In this document: positions 37,396-52,095 of the stretch, piece after piece
Position numbering within the stretch: the stretch's first letter is position 1
Layout of the letters: each line of letters opens with the position of its first letter
Source of the DNA: Marsupella aquatica
Taxonomy: Eukaryota > Plantae > Marchantiophyta
NCBI GenBank assembly: GCA_973895155.1
Contig: OZ316899.1
Coordinates: 14,573,934 to 14,637,933 of the forward strand
Direction of reading: 5' to 3'
DNA: 64,000 nucleotides
Notes under the pieces: model-generated
The model's input: the letters and a program-made list of their open reading frames with translations, nothing else
The model's database searches: none
What the model was told of the DNA's origin: nothing
Made by a program: the position numbers and the translations under genes

Positions 37396-39771
37396 CTACA
37401 CCGCATCAGCATCGAATCCAACAACAGCGGTGCCTGACTCAAAGGTATCGAACGGAGGGGAAGCGAACGAGTTTTCGACCAGGCCTTTCTCCACCAAGCC
37501 ACGGACGGCAGGATAGTGAGCAGCAAACGGTAAGGAGCAAATCTGCCTCAACCGGTTCAGATCTGGCAACTCATTTTCTGTGAACATCTGATGTACTCGA
37601 GCAGCTTCCATCCAGATTCGGATCAAATCAATGCGTGAACAGGAATGATAATGATAAGAGGGGTAAGCTGTGCAAAACGTATGTTTGTCCTTCCAAGTCT
37701 CGACAAAAGGGCTAAGGGACTCCATAGTGTTCCTGTAGTGCTCGCAGTGTGCTAGCCTGCGTTGAGCAACAATTGTACCCCATATGGTATGCTTCTCCGT
37801 AGCAGACAGCTGAGGTGAAACCAAATGCACAGGGCCAGTAGGAATGACGACAGTAGCCTGGGCATTGGTCTGCTCCAAGAATTCAACAATGAATTGCAGC
37901 GAGTACAAAGGCAAGTTGCCAAAGTAGGCAAAGGCAGCCTCAACCTTTACCACGGACAGATCACCGTACAGCAACATAAAAGCGAGTAGAGGTCGATATT
38001 GTTTACACAATGTCCAGTATCTCTCCAGATCGCAATGCTCGAGGGTGACCGAACCACCGGGAACAATGTTGAGCACCACAGAAATCTCTAAAACACGATG
38101 GTAATAGTAGCGCCAAAACTCCAAGATTGGCATCTCAAATCGGGAAGCTTCTTGCCTGAACAAAGTGAACTTCCGCCTAAAATTCTCATCCTCCTCCTTC
38201 TTCAATGACACACTCGCGGCCGGAAGCTTCGAAAGCTCAGCAGCAGGTGCTAGGGACGCACAGACAGAGGTAGTAGGTGATGGTACGGAAGGTGGGCCTG
38301 CAGACATTTTTGCTGTAGACTCACATTGTGATCGGGATGAAGTAGCAGCAATCACAGCAGCAAAAAGAAAATCCAACTTCCGCTTCTTACCTAGTAGCAC
38401 ATCTGAATCTCCTCCCGGATCCGTACGTATCAAGTCCTTGTGCAGGTCACTCATGGCACCATAATAAACTTGAACTGTAGATGCAAAGCTGGTAGCGCAT
38501 CTAAGGACTCTATCGGCTACATTGTGATCGAGCTGCATGAGTGCTTCATCAAACTACTTTGCTTTCATCAGGTCAATCGCCGGAACATCCAACAGAGGTC
38601 GCAGCTTATCTAGAGCCCGGTCTAGAGTAAAAGAAACATCAGAACTCCTGGCAGTAGCACATCATAATTTCTCTTGGAGATCAAGGTCCTCCGAAGACAG
38701 AGCTTCCACACGAATCTAGAATTTCTCTTGGAGATCGAATTTCTCGGCAGTCAGAGTTCCCACACGTATCAGAGCATCCGATCTGTCCTTATCTATCTTG
38801 GTAAACTCTTCGACAGAAATGAAAGAAAATTCCTGAAACTTGCTGAGCAATTGATCCGGTGCACAGCCGATGAAGCTAGTTAATTCAGACAGAATTTTTG
38901 ACTGGGTCGTAGAGATTTTAGACAGCGCTTCACTTTCCTTTAGAAAGACGGCCCATCGGGGATTTTCCTGGTTCACCTCGACTTTCACCTCGTCCTCCAA
39001 TTCACCGGGCTCGTCTTTGCTTGATTCGCCTTCCGATTCGGGCATGGTATCCGCATCGGGATCCCTCTCTCCATTCTCCAGGTAGGCAAGATGAAGCTTC
39101 CACTCAATCAACTCGGGTGCTGTCAAACATTTCTTGTGCGCGTACACATGGGAAAGGTAAACAGCAATCCAAGTGAAGGAACCAGACCTCATTGACAACA
39201 TTTGCGTCTTGATCACGGTGCAGAGCACATTCGCCCAGTTGATCGCCTTCAGTCCCTTCCAGGAAGCGATGATGGTGCTGGCCAGAGCTAGGGGTGCTCT
39301 ATTCTGACGTTCCGGATTTAAAATAGGAACCAGAAATTCCAGCAAAGGTAGGAGGTTCAATGTATCAGCACATTGTTCCAGATTCCAGCCGATACATACA
39401 TTTTTCTTTCCTGCGAAGTAAGGTCCAGTCAAATCAATGCATCTCAACATGCCTTCTCCTTTCGACTTCAAATCGTAGACCTCAGCAATGAGATTCTCAG
39501 TCCACTGATCAGGGTTTCCACGAATTGTTGTACCTTTGGATTCTCTTCCCATGCCTCGCATCCACACTTCCTCCACGATAGCGCTCGACTTCATGCCCCA
39601 TGGCACACGAATCAAATTCACAAGGCCCATCGTGGTTAAATTTGCTCGCAACCAATCCATGGCTTCCTCTGCATGAGGTATGCTGGCGTAGATGATTCGG
39701 CATGACGGTGGTGGTTCTTGTCTCATCTTCTTACTCGGAGCAACAGTTACCTTTTTGTTTCTATCCATCAC
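37396..39771 (-). pseudogene. Retrotransposon accessory ORF (bryophyte gypsy-associated type) with coiled-coil; probably once a single ~790-codon ORF
   Basis: IRGNPDQWTENLIAEVY..LLEFLVPILNPER..INWANVL..YLSHVY resembles, from memory, hypothetical-protein families in liverwort/moss LTR elements. The 351-aa and 380-aa ORFs are bridged by TAG, TGA, one frameshift and TAG. Confidence 0.6.
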
Positions 39772-42769
39772 GATTTCGTAGCTCCAACGACAACCGATTT
39801 TGCACCGAAGCCGTTTTGGTCAAAGCAAGGGGCCTCTTTCTGACTTCCCGGAATTGCAAATTGAGCTCGGGTTCGAGGTGAATCTCCCACTACCTCTTTT
39901 CACAATCCGATTTCCTGTCCGACTGTTCATAGTTTTCCCCCATACACCTAGCCTTCCAACAACGAAGAGCACTTCTCCGAGGGGAACTTTGTGGTCGGGA
40001 ACTCTTGTCCAAAGTTTGGCCCACTGGGTATTTGCTTTGGTAATCCCTTACTCACAATCTATACACACCACCCACAACGTCCAAGTTCCTTCCCGCTTAC
40101 GATTGGTCGTGTACAAAGGAAGTACTGATGGTCTATGCCCTGACCTGTGCATTGATTGTGTTCCTTCCTTTTGCATGTAGATGAGTATGCTCGAACCTCA
40201 GGATTGAATTTTGGCGGCTGCCTGCTCAGATGTGTACGGCGACGATTCTCTTTCCAGGTATTTGTGATCCAGAGATACGAATCATCCCGGGTGGCAGATA
40301 TGGTGGCCGCTACGGATACAGTAATGTTACAGGCCGAAAAGTCTGTGGGGGATTTTATACCCCGATGCGTGGTTTAAATGTGCCTCGGTTCTCCCCCAGC
40401 CTAAACCCCAGCCTACCGGATTCACCGGAATGTTGCCCTGTGTTTACACATTTTGGCTTACTCGAGCCTCTTCTTTCAGGGCAGGCTTTCCCACACTCGC
40501 CACCCCTGACCGACTGTGAATTACTGGGTTTCACTTGTATTTCACTTTTAGTTTTGAAATACAGTTCACAGTGTCACTGGGGACAAGATTGAACCTAAAC
40601 TTGCTTGTAGACTGCTTGTAGACTGCAGATGACATCGAGAATGTGTGCTTTGATTTGATCTTTGCCGCTATGTGTAAACAGACTTAAAAGGCAAATTACA
40701 TATAGGTATACACCCCGCCTCCTGACAAGACCCTGACAAGATCCAGACAAGACCGTACAAATTTCCCCCAGGATCCTTATCAATGACTTGACAGGGCTTT
40801 GTCTCTCCGAATCATCGCAACAGGCCACCATCATCGCCCTATTATCTCTACGTTTAATGTCTCTAGCCCCAACTACCCTCTTCACAGTATTTAGTCTCAC
40901 ACACTCTAAATACTGTGAGGTTATATTTGAGGTAAGTCATGGTAATTAGAGTGTGTGTCACTAATTCTGGTCAGAAGTCAAATAGTGTCACATACACTTA
41001 AGTTAAAAAATATAATGGACAATTCTATTCAAAATTTGCTTATAAAAGATTTAAAAACTATGCACAATATTTAATTGCACTTTACAAAATTTACTACTCA
41101 AACATTGAGAAAACTTCAGAAACTTATAATTCCTTTCATATATTACTCAAACATTGAGCAAACTTCAAAATTTTATAATTTCTTTTCACATAACACAAAA
41201 TTGTAGTTGGGGTATTCAACCACAGTGAACAAACAAGAGTTGTTTGATTCACTTCTATCAACTACGAATAACACATGTTAACTCACATAAGCTACAAACT
41301 AACATCATTTTACTCTCTTATAACCTGTCCCTTATGTCTCATCCTTGAGACGGCATAAAGCCCCAAGAGAAGTGGGTTGAGCTGGCTCTTCACCTGGTTC
41401 ACCAACATCAGGAGCCACTTCAACAGTAGCATCAATGTCAAGGCCAACTTGACTCCCTTCAAAATTCACTCGATACTTCGCTATGCTATTCTGAAGCTCA
41501 GGTGTAAGTTGATTTTCAGAGTATACACAATTGACATTTAGAGACAAATAGATGTTTATCATTAAATTTTGATGTATATATTCCAAAAATTCTTCCTTTC
41601 AAACCAGCTATGTATGAGCACGACCACAGAGTACAGCGGGCTCTATTTTTGATAGATTGGTTTTGTAGTAGGTAGCATTGGCGCAATATGCGCTACACTG
41701 TAAAGCTTTAGGCTTTAGGGTTTAGGAAAGAATGGAGGGAGTTGGCTTGTAGGGCGTGCTGTTCCCGACTATTGAGTTGGTTTTTACAATCTATGTATGA
41801 CAACGGAACTGCAATAAGCCTCTATATTGTTCAATGCAAAGCCTTCTCATCGGACGTCTTATAGCCATTCCAAACCCAACGACAAGAATACACCGGATTG
41901 GGTTCCGTTGAGTCAGCAGAGGCCGTACTAGCACTGCAACTGCTTCAGAAGGTAACTGAATTCATTCACCGATGTGGTAAGTGAAATAACTTGCGGCCAA
42001 AGTTAGCTCGAGTCTCAGCCGGTTAGGTACTATTGTGTTGTGACCAGTTTTGTGGTCAGCTCGGCACTACAGATGGATACCAATCAAACGAACCTGAACT
42101 CACTCTGTTCCATCCACGGTCCAGAGCTACCAAATTGGCCATTGAAGACCCAGTTTCAATTTGGCCACCTCTCGAACCCTAAACGAACCATCAAAACAAT
42201 GACATATATTCGTTGTGACCACACATTGTGGCAACCTTCCTTCCATTTCCCCAAGCATGATAAACAAGGGGACCTCTGTTGAACATTCAATTCGGGCCGA
42301 AGAGTCTCTTCAACCAACCAACCATAAAGTCAATGATGATAATGATACATCTCATTTTGTTTGACCGAAACCCAATTTTGGGAATGCTCGGCCCTCTCGT
42401 AAATATGAGGAACGTCACCGTAACCACCCGAGTGTATCTAGAGGACAACGGTAATGTACACCCTAAAATCTCACAAATAGTGTCAGATCAAAGCTTCTCT
42501 CATAAGTCTTGGAAGAAATACAAAAAAACTTAAAAGACACATTGCTTTCAAATATGACCCTCTAATTTGCCGCACGCGATGTCCGGCTTCAGCGGAAGTC
42601 AGCCCTGAAAACGTCCGCCACCTCAAGACCAGCGACACAATAATGGGGCAAACATAGTTGGATAAAAAGTGATTCGAGCAATTCGCCAAAATTGTTCCGG
42701 CACCCGAACGAACGATACGAGTTTTGGAAATTAACTGTGGTTTTGCAAAGCTGTCCTTCCGTTCGTATC

Positions 42770-44856
42770 ATGTCAAGCAGAAAGAGGTCTCGTGCGGAGA
42801 CTACTCGAAACACTGCATTTATCGATGGCTCGAAAACCGTTACAATAGCGGCAGAGGCCAACATTCGGAACTCGCAAACGGACACAGCTTACATTACTCA
42901 ATTTGAGAGCATCTTCTGGCATGCCAAATGCCTGGGTATGGTTCGAATGGGTTGCGATCTGACCTTGGCAGAGGCTGCATATTATCATCGGAATATACGA
43001 TCAGTCTATGGCGATGCGGCGTCACTGTGCATCGAGTACGATAGGACACCGCTTATTAGGGTGCTCAACCAAGAATTGGCCAACATGTTTGGGATTCCAG
43101 GTTTAGTTCCATCGCAGCTCCCGACAAGAGTGAAGTGCACAGCTTACACTCCACGGCAGATTATTGGCTTTTTGAGGTCAGACCGTGACTTGAGATCCTC
43201 GATCCGTGCCGGGAAGATCCAATACGGGACGGTGACAAATCTGGAGGTCCGCAAGTATATAGAGTTGTTCACCAAATGGGTGATGATAAAATCTGGTTAC
43301 CATCATGGGACATTGACCATATCAACATCGCCGCTCGAGTGCTCCAAGGCGAGCTCCACCCGTTGCAAGTGTGGAAGGCGGAGTTGCTTCAGAAACTCGG
43401 ATCCAAATCGGTTCCGCCTTATCCCTCACTTCTTGCTTACATCATTTGTTGGGTGCTAAACAAAAGATTGGTGAACCCGATCAGGGATGCCACCGCCATC
43501 CCTGATGTTGCACCGCAAAATCGCCAATGGCATAGGAGTCATCGGCACAACGTTGCTTACAGTCATGCGGTCGGGGAAAACCGGGGAACCAGTGAATCCA
43601 CCTTACAACATGGGACTGCAGCTAATCCGGAACAGGAAGAAGCACGCGCTGACAGTTCAGAAGGCAAAGAAGATCGTGGAGAAGAAGCCACTCTACTGGG
43701 AGCATACATTTTGCACAATTTCAGGGCGAGCAACCACGCCTTGCAATCCTCCACAGTGGAAGGCGGTTTGGAGGACGGACGGTTGGACGTGCATGTACAT
43801 AAATTGGAATTAGTAGATGCATCTCGATTGAAAGGTTTCGAACAGAGGGTAGCCGTCACTTTGGTAAACAAGGCAACAGAGTTTGCAGATAGCCCCAGCC
43901 GGAACATGGGATTTCATCAAGACGCCACAGGGTCATTGCACAAATTATCCGAAGATACATTATTACACAAGGGAACGGTACAGAGCTTGACAATCAATGG
44001 CACGGCTTTGGAACAGAGGTCAGACAAATTGGGGCCGTGTGAGCCTAGAATATGTAAGCAACTAGACGTACTGAAAGAGGAAAATGCTAGGCTCCAGCAA
44101 GAGATACAGGACGAACGGAGCCAATGCTGAAAAGTAGAAGAAGAAGTACAGGGACTGAAGAAGCAGCTCAAAATGGATTTACAACTCCTTGATGACCTCA
44201 CCCGACGTTTGCAAGAGGCAGGGAATCCCAAATTTGAGGCCAAGGAGTCCTTAATCATAGAAGCTTTGAAGGAAAGGGAAAACATGGAATTTTATCTTCA
44301 CGAGGCACTGCACAACATTGCTGGATTTGACTTGTCCACATTAAATCCATTTTCAAGAGCAGCTTATCGAGTAAAGATGGCCCTGTTTCAAGAAGAAACC
44401 AAAAAAGCTGCCAAGCTAATACAACATATGGGGCAGGAAAATCAACAACTTCGACTGGCAAATGAGACCAATCTCCGTTACCATTTGGATCAGGTGAGAC
44501 CTGTATACATCATCAATTCAATTACCATAAAACTGAACCCTAAAAACAACCACTGTAGACATGGCGTAACTGATGTGACTTTTTCAGTTTCCGGGGCTAT
44601 ATTATCCACCCACCTCCTGCAAAGCAGAGAGGGAGGGGGGATCAGCAGCGCCCATGAAAATTGGATACACGATCATGGCATGACTTCCCTATGCGGCCGA
44701 GGTTTACATTACCAATGTTTGTATGTATGGTCAGACACAACTTTCTTTCAAGAGAAACAAAGAAAATTCAAATCCGCTCCGAGATTCAATAGTGTGCATC
44801 CGAGTGAGTATGGACCCTCCATTCCCAGAGGCAAAACTGAGTGTCAATTGCCCTAA
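42770..44856 (+). pseudogene. TE-accessory protein (plant transposon protein / Athila ORF-like) with C-terminal coiled-coil
   Basis: Three consecutive ORFs joined by a frameshift (~43295) and an in-frame TGA (44128). PPYPSLLAYII resembles the LPYPSLIT motif; heptads LDVLKEENARLQQEIQ. Possible intron 44494-44587. Confidence 0.5.
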
Positions 44857-47800
44857 TGATGCAGGTATTGAATCGAAACACCCACGCCGCGCCACGCCAC
44901 AACTCAACACAGGTGACGACTTAGGGATGTCTTGCGACTGTTGAATATCCAAAGGAGGGGAGTACTCATCCGCAATGATAAATAATTCAACAGCCAGGTG
45001 CTACTGCTGACGATTTAGAATTGGGGATTGGGTGGTATCTTCCAATATGCCATATCAGAAGTGCCGTGACACTAATACACAACCAAGCGGTGCTCCATAG
45101 AAAGCAGTAATGGCCTGCAATAATCGCGTTCCCGCTCGAATTGTGTTGTTTTTGAAATCCTACAAGCACGAGCAGAGGATTCAACTTCAATATAATGACC
45201 TCATTACATTAGTTCAGAACAAAATTTATTCCTCCCTCAACATTCATTTCCAATTTGCCTTCAATAAAGTGACCGTTACATGTCAATGCTAATTACCAGT
45301 AAGCGAATTTATAGTGAAATTCTTTTACATCGCGTCACAGAATTCTGAACCAAAGAAGAACTAGATATGCAATTCCACACAAACAACTCATCGGGCCTAT
45401 TGCAGAATTAAAATTGGAGAATGCTAAAATTAAGTTGTGTCTTCCCCCCACCCTGCACTGTCCAAGAAATATTCTATCCGAATGTCTAAACCCTGAAGCC
45501 GCACTTTTCTCCTGCTAAAGAATCGACTGACAACAAGCCCGGAGGTTTCTTACTCTACACCACCACTAATTGGTCTCATCTCGGAATTAATGTTGGTAAA
45601 TCCTAATTTAAGAGTGGGGCAGGTATGAACAGGAAAAATAACACTAAATGTCTTTTGTATCTGTTGTCTGTATGAGGTACAGGACCTTGTCTACAAAGCA
45701 GCCCATAAGAGCCCATGATCTACTCGATTTTAGCCATTCACTACAAGCATTTTGCATGCACCATTAAAAAAACCTTCCCACCACTCACTCTACAACAATT
45801 ATTCACGCAAATCCCTTCACAACACAAATTGGTTAATTCAACATTCAAGTCATGGAGTTTGGTACAGCTTACGACTTACACCCCTATTGTACATCTTCCA
45901 TCGTTTGATTGTCTACGAGGCTCAACTCTTTAAACTGCAAGTGCCTTCAAGCGTCCGGCGGTACGTTCGACACATCCAACCTGTCACCAAAACCGGAACA
46001 CCCTGAGTATACCCAGATGCATACCACGAACAGGCAAGTCTAACATTGGGACCGGTCCTCTATAGCAACATGTGTGTATACTCTAAACCCACTCACGGGC
46101 GTAGTGTATATAATCTACCCCAGTCACTGCGTAGTCCGCTCACATCCCAAATTATTGCACTGCTGCATTTTCTCATAGGGTTTTGGGGTTGGGTCGACAT
46201 ACCATGATCTTTGTGGGATAACGTTCGGAATATGTAGCCTGGCTAGACACAAATCTGCTTTTTCCCCTCGCCTAAAATGTGCGTTCGTCGCAATTCAATC
46301 TTCATTTTCATTCCGCATTTCAACACTCAGCTCCCTAGCTACTTCTTCTACTACTCGGGTCGTCTTCATTGACCATACCGTGTACATCCTTTGATGCTAT
46401 AATTACATAACGCCCATTGCCTCTCCTCTCTCAAACCCCTCTGTTTCTCCCTTGCAAATTTGAAAGTTTTGCACCCTAAACCCTAAATATTTTTTCCAAC
46501 TTCTGTACCTCTTACTTTGCTCCATCCTACCTTACCCAGACAAGCAATTTCCTGTACCAGCCTCCCTTCTGATTCCAACTCCCTCATTGTTTGTCCTCTT
46601 ACACTCCTGGGCTTATGCTGCTATGATGCGGGCCGAAGTTTTTGCCATGTTCAACTCATACCTCCAGTCACTCAACAACCCAGACAAGGGAAGAGGTCGC
46701 TCGGTGAAAGTTACTCTCTCTGTATATATTGTTTTGGGGCAGTTTGGTCTCCGTTTCCTCCTACTGATGAAAAATTAAAGGTTTCCGTTCCCACTTCTGA
46801 ACCACCTTCCCCTGAGTCCGAAGGCAACTGGATCATCCGCCTTCGGTTTTGAGAGGTACCCTAAACGCCTACCCCTCAACCGTATGAAAACGTCTCTGAT
46901 ACAGACTGCTTCAGAGCTATTGTCTTTCGAGTCTCCAGGTAGGTCAATCAATCTCCAAATTTGTACTTCTCAAGTTGTCGGCGGTATCCTCTTCCCTAAA
47001 CGCCATGGCACTGCTTCTGAATGTTCTTCTTCTCCTACACTCCAACAACCACCTTTGCTGGTTCCATTCATCTTTGTCATCGATACCTCCAAAGTATCTT
47101 AGCTTTGTTCACATCTCCTTCGAATCAAGCCTTGTCACGATAGGCATGACCTATATCTTGGCCGGATGAAAGTGGGCGGGGCTTCTTCCGGAATGTCAAA
47201 GGTAGCCCACCCTGTCCCGACAAAAAAGTGGTAAGCCGGAACTGACCTCATTTCTCGACAAGTTCTAAAACGACTACGCCAGGGTCAAGCCAAGATCCAT
47301 ACTACAGACGGTTCAAACCATCCACGCACCTGGCTAAGTGGCATCGTTTTCCGGCCCTCAACATCAATCAATCCCCTTGCAAATTTGGAGACAAGCACAA
47401 TAAAGGAGATTTAGTCAGTAGGTCATTTGCAAATTTGAGGCAATGAAGAAATCAGGAGCAAAAGAAGGGGAGAAAAATAAATGGGAAAACAGGGAGCGGA
47501 TCAAAGCAAAAAGGGGGGGAGTGACCTCCTCTGTTATCCACAAACTCTGTCTGTATCCTATTTGTGAGTGACATTTGAAAGAGACTACAAGGGGCTGAAC
47601 AACCGTACCGCAGATATTCATCCACGTACGTACAAGAGATCGAGCTACAGTAGAAACAATCATTCAGTTTAGGGCCAGCGAGATATGAGCGTGTACGTTG
47701 GGAAATTGATCTCATCAAGCCGTTCTCAAAATCAGGGCTGTGCATGATAGCCCAATTACCGGCTCGCGTGATGAGAAAGGTCTGGAGGTCAAATCTGCGG

Positions 47801-50439
47801 CAGATGAAGTCTACAGGCCAAGTACACTCGTTCAGTGAAAATTTGCACAAACTGAACATGAGGGTTTAGTAGGAACCTAGGAACCCGGCTCCTGGAATGA
47901 AACCCTCACGGAGCTAATCTCATCACAAATGCCTACAACAATAGGTTGTTTTCTACATTAAAAGTTGCGTGTGGTCAATGTGGAATGGTCGTCGTCGTGG
48001 TCAGGCGGTTCACAGAGGGCTACGACTTTTGATCTCAAGAAAGAGTACAGTTTGCCGAGCATTTGAGTGTTTTCTTTGCAGACCATTCACAAATTCAAAA
48101 CTTGCACTTGGCCATTGCAAAAGTTTTGGCATTTACCGGGGGAATGTGTTCATTTTAGGCTTCCGTTGTAAACACACAAGGTCAAGGTCCTAATTTTGAC
48201 CCAGGTTACAACAGCACCACACCTTCCCATCACCCTAAACCCCCCAATCGGGCCCTCCGCACCGCCCCCCCCCCCACCCCAACCGTGCAAACCATATATC
48301 CATCTCTCTATCTTAATCCAACTCGGGTACAGTGCTCAGATTAGCAATAAGATGTTGGTATGGAATTTATAGGCAGAAATTCGCCAGGCCCATCCTTACA
48401 TGACAGTAAAGTCCATATATAGTAGTGAGGCAAATGTTTCTTAAAAACCAAACCCTCCCGTAAATGTTGGGCTGCAAAACACCCCTCCAGCTCACAAACC
48501 TTCCTATCCTACTTAAGTAGTATAACGTGCGGGGAGCCACAGGCTTTTCGGGCGAGCGTCGTGCAGGGTCGACGGGGTGGTTAAATAATGAGTTCATAGC
48601 AAAATGAGTTTCAGACACTGGACTCAACGGATCGAGCAATCTTCGCTGGCCCCGGAGCCGCACACCCTGATCCTACCTTGCGCTTCATCATGACGTCCTT
48701 CCATCATTCACCTAAATTGTCCAAGCTTTGGTGCAGCCTCATAGCTTCCAATGCTAGTGCCGGGTGGAGAGCCGCTTGAATGCCTACCACAAGATTGTCC
48801 ACTGCGGCCAGCTCCTCAAACCCGCCTCTGCTCTTGAAGAGAACAACACCAAACAAATGAAGTGACAATGACATTGTAAAGGCTTCAAAGGATCATCCAC
48901 CCCAAATTCTCAACCTTAAAGACGCCCAGGCGCCAGCCCTCTACTTAATTGTCACAATGCAATCGTTCATTTGCCCTCAACAAACTCCTCCACTCGCAAA
49001 CCCAACTCCTGTAACCAATTCAAATCATCAATCATCAAGAACTATAATACAATGTTCCGCCTTTTCGTCTTTTGAATTTGCAGTGTCCAAAAAGTAATGA
49101 ATGGACCAAATAGAAGGAATAAACATAAATAGAATTATATTTAGTGTGAGGGAAAGGGTGACATGTTTTCCAAGTAAGAAATAAAGAGTAATGAAGTACT
49201 TCCTAGACCATCTATGCATAATACCATCCATCCCTAGGAAGTAGTCCATGCATAAGAAATACTCCTCTCCATGCCTAGACATAGATATCATTATATCAAG
49301 TACCCACATGATCATCGGTGTCATAAGAAGAGTCATACTGATTACAAATCTACTCACTATAATATACTATCCCGCCCTTTTTTACTTATCGTCTGCTTAC
49401 AAAATGCAGTTTTGGAGGGAACTCATTATGACCCTTGGATTTAAGGCCTAAATATTCATGTCCATGAGACTGGGTGCAAGGAAGAATAAAGACTCTCCCG
49501 TAGCTTGGGACACGGATGCGCTTCCACCCACACCTAGACTATGGCACTAACATCCATAAAGGAATTCTAAAATCAAGGTGACTGGAAAAATTCAAGGTGA
49601 GTTGACATATGGCTATAATGGGTAGGTGGGTCTATTAAGAGAATCTAAGTAGAATCACATAACTTTTGGACACATCTTTTCCCTTGACAAAGAATTCTCA
49701 TCAATTTTAATGGCAAATGGAAACCAGGAAAAAACCCATAAGTGTAGAGTCATAATAATCATGTTCAAAAGAGACTACCTTAATATAGACCACCTTCATG
49801 AAAGGAGAAACATTTGGTTTTCTTTTCTCCAAATGTATGTGTTACTAATCAATAAAAAGCCATAGTCTTATTTTTGTAGAGATTTTATAATAATAGAATA
49901 ATTTCATGTTTTTGTTAGTTATTTAGTCAAGGTCTAGGGTTACAACATGTAACCATCTCGGGGGGGGGGGGGTCACTTCCACGGAAGTGGCACATCACGT
50001 GCGCCAAAGTATAGGCCCATTTAAATGGGTGTGGCGGGAGACTTCCAAAGTTTGGTGGAAGAACACATAGGGCATGTTTTATTGACTGGTCGAATTTAAA
50101 GAACACATAGGCCTTATTAATTGTAAAAAATATTTAAACTTTTTGGGGGTTTTTTGACAAAGAATGTCAATATTTAAAGAAAGAAAAGGTTTTGCAAAAA
50201 ACTATTTTTCACTTATAAGTTAGGGGGGTCAAACCCTAAAACGTCGCCCGTGATGTATGACCCTCCATGTAGTGACCCACCTGAGGTAACCATAGTTAGG
50301 CTAACTTTAGTCGGAGACATGGTTAGGTTAACTAGGATGCACACTATATGCCAAGCGCGCAGTGTTTGCTTGGATATGTGGAACTTAGGCTCATTGTTAT
50401 GATGCGGCCACTTGAGAGATGAGGAGAGCTTACACTGAG

Positions 50440-51209
50440 ACTTGGTATAGCAGCCTGACATAGAGTTCAGTAAAGCTCTCTTGTGTGTTCCCATGGATGT
50501 AGCCTCGAGGAGGTGATCAAACCATGTATGTCTTGTGTCTACTACTTGCGCGTTGGATGTGTCATGTGCTTACTGTTGCAATAGTCGTCTATGCTCAACA
50601 GTTTTGAGAATAGTTGTTATTGCTTGAATGTGTGAGTGACTTTGAGATAATGCTTATGATCTTTTTGGTGTGTATTCAAGGAATATTTTTTGACTAGGGC
50701 CTACTTAGGGGGAGATAGACTCAAGTGGGATCTTTTTCTAAGACTTGTCACGGTGACTACGATCAAGGTAAGGTTTGTATCATTGCATGTTTTTTATGAC
50801 TAGCATTTGTGTTGATTTGTTTAATTTACTTGAGAAGGTACGTACTTGATATTTTGTCCATCCAATTCTTGACATGAGAAATTTTGTGTGAGTGAGTTGC
50901 CAGACAAATGTTGGCTTCACTAAGAAACAACCCCGGTTTCATCAAGGATTCTCTCTCTTTTCCCCATTCAATTAGCGTGATTGCTAAAACTGTTCTCTTA
51001 TAAAGCTAAATCAAAGCATGCAGTCTATTCTATGCTTTAAAATCTAATTTTTGTTGAGCATAGACGACACTCGTAACGGTAAGCACATGACACATCCAAT
51101 GCGCAAGTAGTCGACACAAAGAGATACGTGGTTCACCTCCTCGAGGCTACGTCCACGGCAACACACAAGAGAGCTTTACTAAACTCTAAGCCCGTCGGCT
51201 ATACCAAGT
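50440..51209. repeat. Long inverted repeat: arms 50440-50600 and 51052-51209, ~450 bp spacer
   Basis: ACTTGGTATAGC...GTAAAGCTCTCTTGTGTGTT...GTCGTCTATGCTCAACA versus TGTTGAGCATAGACGAC...AACACACAAGAGAGCTTTAC...GCTATACCAAGT. Confidence 0.92.
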
Positions 51210-51784
51210 GTCCATAATATTGTTTATTTTAAAACAAATGATCAAAAAGGTTTAAATATAGCATTGTACCCGAGAACCCTCACTTATTTTCTTCCTACCC
51301 ATCAAGCGCAAATGTAGAAGGATTTTTTTATTGGGTTTAGTGAAATACGGGGTGAAATACTTTTAAATTTTTGTTCCAGAACATTAGGGTTATTTTAATC
51401 CAATATTGAGAATTCTAAGAATCATAGGGTTTAGGGTTTGGGGTAAAAAAATTAAGTTAGGGGTAATTTGCCCAAAACTTCACGCGTGATATGGGACACC
51501 CCTCGGATTGAGGCCCCCAAGAATTTACCACAACACTTGAAGCTTTTTATATGATTGAATAATCAGAGATTTCTTCAATTTCAGCAATGCTCTTGGTACA
51601 GGTAGTTGAGTACGTCTTTTATAATTTTGTTTCATACTGATATGGTTATCTAAGCACATTACATATTAAGAAAGTGAAATTTGCCCTTTGTTGGATTCCA
51701 AAAATTAAGAAGTTAGTTGTTTGGACCTAACCATATTCACTTAATTTCATTATCAATCGTATACTATAATTATTCATCACATTA

Positions 51785-52095
51785 TTCAAGTTAAGGCAAT
51801 ACACTTTAATATACTATTTAACACCAACTATAAGCTCAAAATTAATAAAGTTACAAGTTAAGGCACTGTAGTACACACATCTGCAAGAGTCAGTCAGTGT
51901 ACTGATTGATCTCAGTTGTAACTCTAAAATCAATATAAGGTTACAAGTTAAGGCATACTGGTACACACATCTACAAGGTTTGGTGTACTGTTTGACCCCA
52001 GTTGTAACACTCAAAAAATCTATATCAGGTCATAAGTTATGGCAATTGGTACACACATATGCAAGGGTTTGAGTATCGTTAGGGTATTGTAACTT
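51785..52095. repeat. Degenerate ~90 bp tandem repeat, 3-4 copies
   Basis: AAG(G/T)TACAAGTTAAGGCA..GTACACACATCT.CAAG..TTGTAAC.CT units. Confidence 0.8.

Noticed and set aside
41332-41700. Possible NIF/FCP1 phosphatase fragment (EEFLEYIHQN)
   Set aside because: Similarity limited to a few residues; no DxDxT motif.
45715-49451. Several 60-135 aa ORFs (e.g. 47452-47859, 48367-48663)
   Set aside because: No recognisable motifs, splice structure or continuity; cannot be supported as genes.
31200-51450. Interstitial telomere arrays (TTTAGGG/CCCTAAA near 31205, 31290, 41715, 46475, 51425)
   Set aside because: Only 1-3 units each, which is common background in plant genomes.
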